From Clostridia bacterium (lineage in GTDB: Bacteria; Bacillota; Clostridia; TANB77; CAG-465), in the NCBI GenBank assembly GCA_045652705.1, contig JAZRUV010000013.1:2478-66477 (forward strand): a stretch of DNA of 64,000 bases, given 5' to 3'. The notes beneath the pieces were generated by a model, which searched no databases, was not told the origin of the DNA, and saw only the letters and a list, made by a program, of their open reading frames with translations. Positions 40,209 through 49,001 of the stretch are shown one piece after another (positions within the stretch are counted from its first letter, which is position 1; the number at the start of each line of letters is the position of its first letter). The position numbers were made by a program, and so were the translations under genes.

Positions 40209-41411
40209 GTGGATATTCATAACATAGCTTTAGTAAGGGCAACAGATGTTATACCATTTGATGGGATGGTGTACCCTGTAAAAGATAAACAGTTTATTAA
40301 GAAAGAAACAGGCCCAGGATTTGCAGGAGAAATGTTCTCCTTGTTAAAAAGAAAAGGCATATTAAATCCTATAGATTGGGAAGCATCCGATGAGGAAAGA
40401 CAAGTAACAGAGGAAAAGAATAAACAAATTGCGTCACAATATATGCCATATACTTCTATGTATAACTCAATGGTATTGTGGTCTTTAAACGGAATAGTTC
40501 CGGATGATAATGCTACAAAATTTTCTCAGAAGTCTTGTGCAATAATTGACGGTTTAGAAGAGCAAATAGAACAAGCAGATATTGTTTCAATGGTGCCTAC
40601 AGATACTGCTGTTAAAGGAACAGTGACACTATCTAAAAATGCTAAGATATTAATATCAAAAGAAAGATATGATAGTTTATCTCAGCAGGAAAAAGAACAA
40701 TTGGCGAAATTAGATTTAACTGTAGAGGTTTTTGAAGGAGATTTAAAAACAGCAATAGATACTACTTTAATAGAATCAGAAAGATATACGGCAGAAGACT
40801 TGAGATTGGCAAGTGAAGATGGTGGATATAAAGCATCTCCTACTAGTGAAGATGTAATTGGAACCATAAAGAGTATAGCACAAGAAAAAGATATACCACA
40901 ACTATTGCATAAGAAAATATTTGAAGGTGAAACAGATGGAATTCCAAAATTAGAAGATGTAAAAGGCGAAAAAGACAAATGTGATATAGTATCAGAGTTT
41001 TATATGCGAACCTTTTTAGAATATATTCTTCCAAGATTGGATATAGACGAGGTGGTTAAAGGGAGTATATTATCCTTCCCGAATGTTCCTCGACATATTG
41101 AAGACTTATGTGATGAGATTGGAAGAATTGGTATAGATAAATATAAACAAGTGTTAGATGAATATAATGAATCCTTAGAAAAATTAAGAGATACAGAAAA
41201 ATTGCCAACACCAGAACAAATAGTTGATGCAGCTAGGGAAGATAGGAAAATAGATTTAATATCTATGATTGAACAAGAAAAAACACAAGATGCTGTTTTA
41301 ACAAGTGCAATAGAAGCAACTGAAGAGATAGTTACAGAAAGTGCTATAGAACAACAGGGAGAAAAATTATCACAAATAGAAATAGGAACAAAAGAAACGG
41401 AGATTGAATAA
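40209..41411 (+). CDS. acidic hypothetical protein, 400 aa
   Basis: GTG at 40209 lies 8 nt after AAAGGAG (40194-40200). The track's 40140 start lies inside the tRNA and is rejected. No TM and no family recognised. Confidence 0.6.
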   Translation: MDIHNIALVRATDVIPFDGMVYPVKDKQFIKKETGPGFAGEMFSLLKRKGILNPIDWEASDEERQVTEEKNKQIASQYMPYTSMYNSMVLWSLNGIVPDDNATKFSQKSCAIIDGLEEQIEQADIVSMVPTDTAVKGTVTLSKNAKILISKERYDSLSQQEKEQLAKLDLTVEVFEGDLKTAIDTTLIESERYTAEDLRLASEDGGYKASPTSEDVIGTIKSIAQEKDIPQLLHKKIFEGETDGIPKLEDVKGEKDKCDIVSEFYMRTFLEYILPRLDIDEVVKGSILSFPNVPRHIEDLCDEIGRIGIDKYKQVLDEYNESLEKLRDTEKLPTPEQIVDAAREDRKIDLISMIEQEKTQDAVLTSAIEATEEIVTESAIEQQGEKLSQIEIGTKETEIE

Positions 41412-41846
41412 ATGGGAATATCAATAAATACAAGACAGGCATATTCTGAAATAGATGAGTTTTTAAATATTATCAGTGTCGAGAACAAGAACAAAGTTCC
41501 TGAATATTTAAGAGAGCTTTTTAACAAAGAAAAGGATGAAAATTATATTAAAGGAATAAATCCTAATATTCCTATAAAAGAACAAGCTCTGAAAGAAGAA
41601 ACTCTTGCTATTATAGCCTGGCTTAATTTAGAGTATTGGTGTCAAGACGAAAATGAAAAGAAAAGGCTAAGAGAGATATATGCCAAAAATGAGGAAAGAT
41701 ATAATGAGTTATTGCAAATTGCTTTTAATCCGAATGATGTTTTTAAACCAAAAGAACAAGTAAAAGAAAATGTTCCTATTGTTAAAACTGAAGAATCAAA
41801 AATAAAGAGGATTATAAATAAACTGAAAAGGATATTTTTTAAATAA
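41412..41846 (+). CDS. hypothetical protein, 144 aa; paralog of 18507-18944
   Basis: See 18507-18944. The start abuts the upstream stop (TAA-ATG). Confidence 0.6.
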   Translation: MGISINTRQAYSEIDEFLNIISVENKNKVPEYLRELFNKEKDENYIKGINPNIPIKEQALKEETLAIIAWLNLEYWCQDENEKKRLREIYAKNEERYNELLQIAFNPNDVFKPKEQVKENVPIVKTEESKIKRIINKLKRIFFK

Positions 41847-41893
41847 AATAAAAAACTATATATGAATTTTAATATTATTTTAAAGAGGTAAAT

Positions 41894-42814
41894 ATGAAAG
41901 AAAGTTTTAGTGAATTATATGCAAGATTATATAATGAAAATTTTGCTGAATTAGAGCAGTTAAGAGCAAAAGAGAAGAAAGGGGCTACAGGTTTAATAAT
42001 TTGCATAATAGCCATGTTTTTGTTATCAATAATAAGTCCGCTTTTTGTAATAATAGGTATGGTATGTATAATTATATATGCTATCAAGAGCATGAAAAAA
42101 AGCAGTTCAAATGTGGCGGAGAGAGCAAAAACATATAGAGAAGTTTTTAAAGAAAAAATTGTAGGACCAATAATAGAAAACTCTTTTGGTAGCGCAAAGT
42201 ATGATGCAAGAGCAGGTATATCATCTTTTGAATATAAAAAAGCTGGATATAAAGAACATTATGATAGATATCATTCAGAAGACTTAATTATTGCACCACT
42301 TACTGTGGAAGGTGACGTTAGCACATTTATGACTATTGCAGAAGTTCATACGGAAGATGAGCATACTGATGAAGACGGACATACGTCATATACAACAGTT
42401 TTCCAAGGTCTTACATCAAGTTTCTTGTTGCCTAAAAATTTAGATAAGAATATATATATTCGTTCAAATGGAAGAGTAAGTGGATGGAATAAAAACAAAA
42501 TAAAAATGGACATGCCAGAATTTGAAAAAATATTTGACGTAGAAAGTGATGACGCAATACTAACTATGAGAATATTAACGGCTGATGTAATGGCTGAAAT
42601 GATAGATTTATATGAAAAATATAAATATAAATTTGAAATAAATATATTGAATGATACAATATATATGAGACTTAGAACAGGACCTATGTTTGAGCCAAGT
42701 GTATTTAAAGAATCTATGGAGTACAAGCAAATTGAGAAATACTATCTAGTATTAAAAGCTTTGACGAGTATAGCTAGTCACATATATGACACAGTCTCAA
42801 GAATAGAAATTTAG
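41894..42814 (+). CDS. DUF3137-like membrane protein
   Basis: N-terminal helix, two TMs (LIICIIAMFLLSIISPLFVIIGMVCIIIYAI), then a soluble domain. Adjacency to lemA is typical for DUF3137. Confidence 0.5.
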   Translation: MKESFSELYARLYNENFAELEQLRAKEKKGATGLIICIIAMFLLSIISPLFVIIGMVCIIIYAIKSMKKSSSNVAERAKTYREVFKEKIVGPIIENSFGSAKYDARAGISSFEYKKAGYKEHYDRYHSEDLIIAPLTVEGDVSTFMTIAEVHTEDEHTDEDGHTSYTTVFQGLTSSFLLPKNLDKNIYIRSNGRVSGWNKNKIKMDMPEFEKIFDVESDDAILTMRILTADVMAEMIDLYEKYKYKFEINILNDTIYMRLRTGPMFEPSVFKESMEYKQIEKYYLVLKALTSIASHIYDTVSRIEI

Positions 42815-42823
42815 GAGGAATTT

Positions 42824-43474
42824 ATGGGAGAAAACAATAATTTTATTAAAATCTTTTTTATAATTTTTGCACTTGTGTTTTTAATGCCTGCTATTATGAC
42901 ATTAAGAACTTTGTTCCCAAACATTACATTAAGCCCGCTAGCTATAATATTAATAATATTAGGCTTTATAATAGCTTGGGTTATTGCTACATACAACAAG
43001 TTTGTGTCATTGTCTCAAAGGGTTAGACAAGCTCAAGGTGGAATAGATGTGTATTTAAAACAACGTTTTGACCTAATACCAAATTTAGTTGAAGCAGTAA
43101 AGGGATATGCAGCGCACGAAAAAGGACTTATGGAAAATATAGCAAAGTTAAGAAATGATTATGCTTCAAGAAATGATCAAGATATAACAGAAAGCCAAAG
43201 TTTAAATGATAGATATACAAGGATTCTTGCTATGATAGAATCTTATCCAGAACTAAAATCTGATGAGGCGTTCTTAAACCTGCAAAAAACCTTATCTAAA
43301 ATAGAAAGTCAACTTCAAGCAGCAAGAAGAATATATAATAGTGAAGTTACTGAATATAATACAAAAAGATTAAAAGTTCCATCGAATATAATAGCAGGAA
43401 CGTTTGGTTTTAAAGAAAAATATTTATTTGAAATCAATGATGCAGAAAGAGAAAATATAGATATAAACATTTAA
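42824..43474 (+). CDS. lemA: LemA family protein
   Basis: N-terminal TM, then YNKFVSLSQRVRQAQGGIDVYLKQRFDLIPNLVEAVKGYAAHE...YPELKSDEAFLNLQ..L..IE.Q...ARR.YN. Confidence 0.85.
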   Translation: MGENNNFIKIFFIIFALVFLMPAIMTLRTLFPNITLSPLAIILIILGFIIAWVIATYNKFVSLSQRVRQAQGGIDVYLKQRFDLIPNLVEAVKGYAAHEKGLMENIAKLRNDYASRNDQDITESQSLNDRYTRILAMIESYPELKSDEAFLNLQKTLSKIESQLQAARRIYNSEVTEYNTKRLKVPSNIIAGTFGFKEKYLFEINDAERENIDINI

Positions 43475-43501
43475 AAGAAGAGCGTTAGGCTCTTCTTTTT
43501 C
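43473..43501 (+). terminator. rho-independent terminator
   Basis: AAAAGAAGAGC-gttag-GCTCTTCTTTT. Confidence 0.85.
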
Positions 43502-43685
43502 GGAGATTCATGTGTTTTATTTGGTTTATTATAATTTTTAGTTCATCGTAATAAAGAATGTTTATCCTTTATATAATACAGTATATGTAAATTCAAAATA
43601 TGTGTTACAAGTTTGTCATAAGCGCAGGCAATAATTCATATTAATTTAATGTAATCATATATTGTAATAAATAGGAGGTAATAAA

Positions 43686-45203
43686 ATGGCAATAAATATA
43701 GATAAACAGACGATGTCATTAAATAAAATTATAGCAAGGAATTCTTTGGTTACGTGGATAGAACAAGATATTCTTGTTCCAGATACAAAACCTGATGTAA
43801 TGAAAATAATTGGAGTAGAGGCAGTTCCTTTTGTGGGGAATGTAGAGGTGGTAGACTCTGGAGTAAGAGTGACGGGGGAAATAACATATTATATTGTTTA
43901 TAGGGCAATGGATAAAGATAAGACAAGAGGTATAAGTATGACGTATCCATTTAGCCAAACAATAAATGTGCCAGATGCTAAAAAAGGAATGAATGCAAGA
44001 GTTACAGCAGATGTTAGAAATATAATATATTCTTTGCCTAACGAAAGAAAGGTAGCTATAAAAACAGAAGTGGTATTTAAATATGTGGTAAGGGAAGCGG
44101 GTAGTGTTGAACTGATACAAGGAATGAGTGACGCAGAAGATATAGAAACGAAATCTTCACAAGATGTCTTCTATAACGTAATTAGTACAAAACAAGAAAT
44201 ACTAGATGCTAAAGAAGATATTGTAGTTCCTGAAAACACCCCTAAAATTGGAGAAATATTAAGAGTAAGTAGTAATATTACAAACACGGATTATAAAGTA
44301 AGCTATAACAAGATACTTGTAAAGGGAGATATAACTGTTGAAATGTTATATTTAGAAGCAGGAGATGCAGAAAACATATTTACGTATACTACAACAATAC
44401 CTTTTACAGGGATGATAGAATTTGATAATATCTCTGAGAATTATCGTTTTGATATCAAGTATACATTAAGAAACTTAGAATTAGTACTTGGTGAAAACAA
44501 TATGCTTACTATTTCTGCTGAAGTGCTTGCAGATGCTACAATGTTTGAAGAAACCAAAGTGGACTATGTAAATGATTTTTATAGTACAAATAGCAACTTA
44601 AATTACGATAAATCCGAAGTCGCAGTTATAAAGAATAAAGAAACTATAACAAAACAGGTAAATATAAAAGATAACATAGGTATTACAGATGATAAAAACA
44701 GAATTCTTACATATAGCATAGGTACAGGACATCTAAATACTAAAGTAAGTGGTTCTAATTTATATGTGGATGGTCCATTAAAAGTTAATGTTACTTTGGA
44801 GAATAAAGATACTGGTATAGTTGATGCTAAAACTTACGACATGTTAGTAGATACAACAGTGCCTTTGGGTAAAGAGGTAAATGAAGATAATGTGGATGTA
44901 ATTATAACGGTAGAAAATAAAATGGTAACAGTACAAAATGGAAACGTAGAAGCAAACGTTACATTAAATATAGTTGCTGAAGTTGAAAATATAGATAAAA
45001 TTACAATTATAGGGAACATAGAACAAGAAAACTTAAACCCAGAAGATTTTGATAGCATGTATATGTATATTGTGAAAAAAGGGGATAACTTATGGAGCAT
45101 TGCTAAAAAATATAAAACTACGGTGGATAAGATAGCAAATGTAAATAATATATTAGATGAAAATAAAATAGATATAGGTCAAAAACTTTTAATTATACGA
45201 TGA
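43686..45203 (+). CDS. SPOCS (DUF3794) repeat protein with C-terminal LysM (SpoVID/SafA-type spore morphogenesis architecture)
   Basis: N-terminal ..ILVPDTKPDVMKIIGVEA...V..GVRVTGEI.Y.IVY, repeated later. C-terminal LysM YIVKKGDNLWSIAKKYKTTVDKIANVNNI. Confidence 0.7.
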   Translation: MAINIDKQTMSLNKIIARNSLVTWIEQDILVPDTKPDVMKIIGVEAVPFVGNVEVVDSGVRVTGEITYYIVYRAMDKDKTRGISMTYPFSQTINVPDAKKGMNARVTADVRNIIYSLPNERKVAIKTEVVFKYVVREAGSVELIQGMSDAEDIETKSSQDVFYNVISTKQEILDAKEDIVVPENTPKIGEILRVSSNITNTDYKVSYNKILVKGDITVEMLYLEAGDAENIFTYTTTIPFTGMIEFDNISENYRFDIKYTLRNLELVLGENNMLTISAEVLADATMFEETKVDYVNDFYSTNSNLNYDKSEVAVIKNKETITKQVNIKDNIGITDDKNRILTYSIGTGHLNTKVSGSNLYVDGPLKVNVTLENKDTGIVDAKTYDMLVDTTVPLGKEVNEDNVDVIITVENKMVTVQNGNVEANVTLNIVAEVENIDKITIIGNIEQENLNPEDFDSMYMYIVKKGDNLWSIAKKYKTTVDKIANVNNILDENKIDIGQKLLIIR

Positions 45204-45886
45204 GACCAAAATATTATATAAGATTATTCGGACAAATGAATGGTAAAAAATCATTTGTCCTTTTTATTGTAGCAATGCTACTAATAATAATTTCATCTGT
45301 ATATTTATTAAACAGTATAACACCTGCTATAGAAATAGCGTGTCAAAGTAGGGCTAAAGCAATAGGTGTACAAATAACAGAAGAGACTGTAAATGAATTT
45401 ATACAAAACGTAGAATATGAAACGCTTATGCATATAACATACAATGACCAAGGGGAAATAATTGCTATAAGCGCAAACATAATTGAACTTAACAAATTGT
45501 CCTCTCAGATTTCATATAAAATACAAGAAAAACTAAATAATTTAGATAAAGTATCTGTAGAAATTCCAATTACAAGTATGATGGGACTTAACGTGTTTTC
45601 AGGTTATGGACCAGATATAAGTATTAAATTATTACCAATGGGAAATATAGAGACAAAATTTGATACGAGTTTTGCATCACAAGGTATAAATCAAACTAAA
45701 CATACAATATATATGAATATATTAAGTAACATTACAGTAGTTGCACCATTCATTGGCGGTAGTGTAGAGTGTAATAGCACAGTAACTATAGCAGAAACAA
45801 TAATAGTAGGAGATATTCCGGATACATATTATAATATTGAAGGACTAGAAGATGCTGCTGAAAGTGGAATTATAGATACTATGTGA
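45200..45886 (+). CDS. yunB: sporulation protein YunB
   Basis: N-terminal TM, then the ..ITPAIEIACQSRAKAIGVQITEETVNEF...ITYNDQGEIIAISANIIELNKL...GYGPDISIKLLPMG pattern of YunB. ATGA overlap with the upstream gene. Confidence 0.75.
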   Translation: MRPKYYIRLFGQMNGKKSFVLFIVAMLLIIISSVYLLNSITPAIEIACQSRAKAIGVQITEETVNEFIQNVEYETLMHITYNDQGEIIAISANIIELNKLSSQISYKIQEKLNNLDKVSVEIPITSMMGLNVFSGYGPDISIKLLPMGNIETKFDTSFASQGINQTKHTIYMNILSNITVVAPFIGGSVECNSTVTIAETIIVGDIPDTYYNIEGLEDAAESGIIDTM

Positions 45887-45988
45887 TGGCAAAAATAAAA
45901 CAGAAAATATAGTAAAAAAATATATATACAAATGTTTTTATATGGTATAATAAGAAAAGAAAATAAGAATTTACATAAGGAGATAATA

Positions 45989-47269
45989 ATGGAGTATGCA
46001 GGAAGTGTTTCTGAGACTTTAAAACCTACATATGAAAATGTAACTAAAGAGTTTATAGAAGGTACGTTATATACTTTACTTTGTAACAGTACAAAAACAA
46101 ATTTTAGAATGCGTTTTGAAGAACCAGAAGCAATACAATATATAACAGAGATTTTACAAGAATCAGCTAAGGGTGGAACATATTGGGAAAGAAAAGCTCA
46201 GGAAGTATTAAAAGGTCTAAGTAAAAGTGAAGATTTAGATGATGATACACCGGTAATGGTAATAAGAGATTATAAAGCGTTTTTTGAAAGACTAACTGAG
46301 CTATGTGAGCAGAATGTACATCAACATTTCAAAAGAACAAAAAACTCGTCATTCCCATGGTATGAGAGAACAAATTGTATGGAAGAAGTTTGGCTTAGAA
46401 TGGCCCCAGAAGATTTTAATGACCCGGAAAACTTTTTAAGAATGCAGGTTCAAATGGCAAAAGATACAACATTTAATAAATACGATCAAGAAACTTGTTT
46501 AGGACAGTCGAAAATATTAGGTAATAATTATATTTGCATACAAAATAAAGTGGCAAGAACTTGGGATGAGGCGTCTCAGGAAATGGAAATAACTATTTAT
46601 GATAGTGAACATTATTACGATGAAAATAAAAGATATAGACCTCAATATAAGTTACCTGTAGTAAGATATGGCATATACGAAAAGGATGGGCAGAAAGTCT
46701 GTAGAATATTCTCAATTCAAACAACAGATACCGAGGCTAAAAATGGTGTACAAAAGAAAGTAGATAGAGCTAGATATAAAGTAAATGATGGAGTAAGTGA
46801 GGAGAGTACAGAAAAAGTAGAGCCTAAGAATTTAATTGCTCTAAGTATATTTGTAAATCTTTTAAATATGGAAGGCATAACTAAAATAGAAGCACAAGGA
46901 GCTTATGCTTTAGATTATGAATTTCACGAAAAAAGAAATATAAGATTAATAAAAGACTTTAACGAAAGATGGACAGATGAGAAAAAACAAAAACAGCCAG
47001 ATATGTACATAAGAGAAAAAACATATTTGGATAAATCTTATGGTAAAGAGGAGTTAATAAGTGAGATAAAAACAGAACGATTTACTAAAACTTTTGATAG
47101 ACTGCTTGAACATTACCCTATGGCCAGGGTAGATAGTTATCCTACAGAAGTAGATAGTAATTATCATATAACAATTCCTAAAATAAAAAGTAAAAGCGAA
47201 ATAAATGGAGAATTGTTACAAGAAATGTATTGTTTGGTTGAAAGACAATATGAGACAATAGAAATATAA
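45989..47269 (+). CDS. hypothetical protein, 426 aa
   Basis: ATG at 45989 follows AAGGAGATAATA. Soluble. No family recognised. Confidence 0.6.
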   Translation: MEYAGSVSETLKPTYENVTKEFIEGTLYTLLCNSTKTNFRMRFEEPEAIQYITEILQESAKGGTYWERKAQEVLKGLSKSEDLDDDTPVMVIRDYKAFFERLTELCEQNVHQHFKRTKNSSFPWYERTNCMEEVWLRMAPEDFNDPENFLRMQVQMAKDTTFNKYDQETCLGQSKILGNNYICIQNKVARTWDEASQEMEITIYDSEHYYDENKRYRPQYKLPVVRYGIYEKDGQKVCRIFSIQTTDTEAKNGVQKKVDRARYKVNDGVSEESTEKVEPKNLIALSIFVNLLNMEGITKIEAQGAYALDYEFHEKRNIRLIKDFNERWTDEKKQKQPDMYIREKTYLDKSYGKEELISEIKTERFTKTFDRLLEHYPMARVDSYPTEVDSNYHITIPKIKSKSEINGELLQEMYCLVERQYETIEI

Positions 47270-47281
47270 AAACACGAAAAT

Positions 47282-47315
47282 AACACCCCCAAAAGAATTA
47301 ACTTTTGGGGTGTTA
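47282..47315. terminator. bidirectional rho-independent terminator
   Basis: AACACCCCCAAAAG-aattaa-CTTTTGGGGTGTT between convergent genes. Confidence 0.85.
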
Positions 47316-47318
47316 TTG

Positions 47319-47762
47319 TTATTCGGATTCTACATAGTTTGTGATGTGTGTATGAAGTACCGCTTGCATAATGTGCAAAGTAGAAACATACGCGTCAGAA
47401 ATAGTATGTATAATATTAATGTTTTCCGAAAAGGCTCTGTCAAATGACATTAATGCAAACATAAGGTTCTTTGCGTTGATGGGAGTACCGGCAGAATCTC
47501 GGTAATAAAGTGATTTCTGATTTACTTTGCAACTAATCCACAATGAATCAGAGTCTTCCGAAATTCTAAAATCAGAAAGAAGTTGTTTTGCGTTGGATAA
47601 TGCGGTAGAGATGGAACGAACATTTTCGTCGTTTTTGTTGTCTAAAACAGAGACTGCAAGTTCAAAACCATCAGAGATGTTCTCAATAGTTGTAAGAGAA
47701 GCTTTGCAAAAATCAGTGAGTTTCGAGATCAAGGCTTTTTCGGCATCGGTTACAGGTAACAT
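47319..47762 (-). CDS. hypothetical protein, 147 aa (ORFan islet)
   Basis: AAGGAGTTTTTTCT RBS (rc). TGTGATATAAT -10 box (rc of 47815-47825). No family recognised. Confidence 0.55.
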   Translation of the reverse strand: MLPVTDAEKALISKLTDFCKASLTTIENISDGFELAVSVLDNKNDENVRSISTALSNAKQLLSDFRISEDSDSLWISCKVNQKSLYYRDSAGTPINAKNLMFALMSFDRAFSENINIIHTISDAYVSTLHIMQAVLHTHITNYVESE

Positions 47763-47867
47763 AGAAAAAACTCCTTATAAATTATTTTTTGGATAGATTT
47801 TTGTTGCTTAAAACATTATATCACATTTTTTATGTAAACGCAACGGCTAGATTGAATATAATAAAAT

Positions 47868-47892
47868 AACAACCTCGAAAATCGAGGTTGTA
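47868..47892 (-). terminator. rho-independent terminator of rplM-rpsI
   Basis: CAACCTCG-aaaat-CGAGGTTG, followed on the reverse strand by a T-rich tail. Confidence 0.75.
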
Positions 47893-47906
47893 TAAAATCC
47901 AAAATA

Positions 47907-48308
47907 TTATCTCTTGCTGAATTGTGGAGCTTTTCTAGCTTTCTTAAGACCGTATTTTCTTCTTTCTTTAACTCTTGAGTCACGAGTAAGAAGACCAGCT
48001 CTTTTAAGTGAAGTTCTAGTATCTAAATCTATAGATGCTAAAGCTTTAGATATACCGTGAGCTACTGCTCCTGCTTGTGCTGAGAATCCGCCACCTTTAA
48101 CTGTTGCTATAACATCATATTTTTCCATCATGTTTGCAACTGTGAATGGTCTCATAACAACTGCTTTTAATGTTTCTAAAGAATAGAATTCATTAAGCTC
48201 TTTTTTGTTTATTGTAACGATTCCTGTACCTGGAGTTATTCTAACTCTTGCTATAGCAGATTTTCTTTTTCCTGTAGCATAAATAAAAGTTTTTTCTGTT
48301 TTTGCCAT
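47907..48308 (-). CDS. rpsI: 30S ribosomal protein S9
   Basis: GTGRRKSAIARV-type start (ATGKRKSAIARVRI), GGG.S.QAGA..HGI.KAL, C-terminal ..KKARKAPQFSKR. Confidence 0.93.
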   Translation of the reverse strand: MAKTEKTFIYATGKRKSAIARVRITPGTGIVTINKKELNEFYSLETLKAVVMRPFTVANMMEKYDVIATVKGGGFSAQAGAVAHGISKALASIDLDTRTSLKRAGLLTRDSRVKERRKYGLKKARKAPQFSKR

Positions 48309-48323
48309 AATTCTATCCTCCTA

Positions 48324-48758
48324 TTAAAATTCCCAAACTTCTGGTTTTTGAGCTTGTTGTTCGTGGTCAGCGCCTTTATATACTCTTAATTTAGTAAGCA
48401 TTGATCTTCCTAAAGAGTTTTTAGGTAACATACCTTTAACAGCTATTGTGATAGCTCTATCTGAATGTTTAGCCATCATATCTTTAGCTTTAACTTCTTT
48501 TAAGCCACCAACATAACCAGAGTGCCTAGTATAGATTTTTTTGTTTAATTTGTTTCCTGTTAATACAATTTTATCTGCATTAAGGATTATTACATGATCG
48601 CCGCAGTCCATATGTGTAGAGTATGTAGGTTTGTGTTTGCCTTTTAGAAGTCTAGCTGCTTCTGTTGCAACTCTACCAAGAGGTCTTTCAGCTGCATCAA
48701 TAATATACCATTTTCTTTCAATTTCACTTGCTTTAACGCTATGTGTTTTATTATTCAT
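48324..48758 (-). CDS. rplM: 50S ribosomal protein L13
   Basis: [49 protein letters not shown]. Confidence 0.93.
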   Translation of the reverse strand: MNNKTHSVKASEIERKWYIIDAAERPLGRVATEAARLLKGKHKPTYSTHMDCGDHVIILNADKIVLTGNKLNKKIYTRHSGYVGGLKEVKAKDMMAKHSDRAITIAVKGMLPKNSLGRSMLTKLRVYKGADHEQQAQKPEVWEF

Positions 48759-49001
48759 GGAATGATTCCTCCTAATTAAATTTATTTAGTACATATACAT
48801 AGATTAAAAATTACCGGAAATAATCAATGTATACATAACATCGCTCATATATTTTACAATAATTTCATATTAAAGTCAAGAGAAATGAGACAAAATATAA
48901 ATAAAACGAATTAATTTAAATAAAAAAATGAAAATGTTGTATATTTTTTCTATATATGATAGGATATGAATAGTAAAAATGTATACAAAAGGAGGAAAAT
49001 C

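Noticed and set aside
43502-43685. Long untranslated regions checked for riboswitch or T-box features (43502-43685, 48759-48965, 38389-38591, 58017-58266).
   Set aside because: I could not recognise any conserved riboswitch core, T-box specifier/antiterminator, or stable multi-helix fold by eye. A covariance-model scan would be needed, so nothing is claimed.
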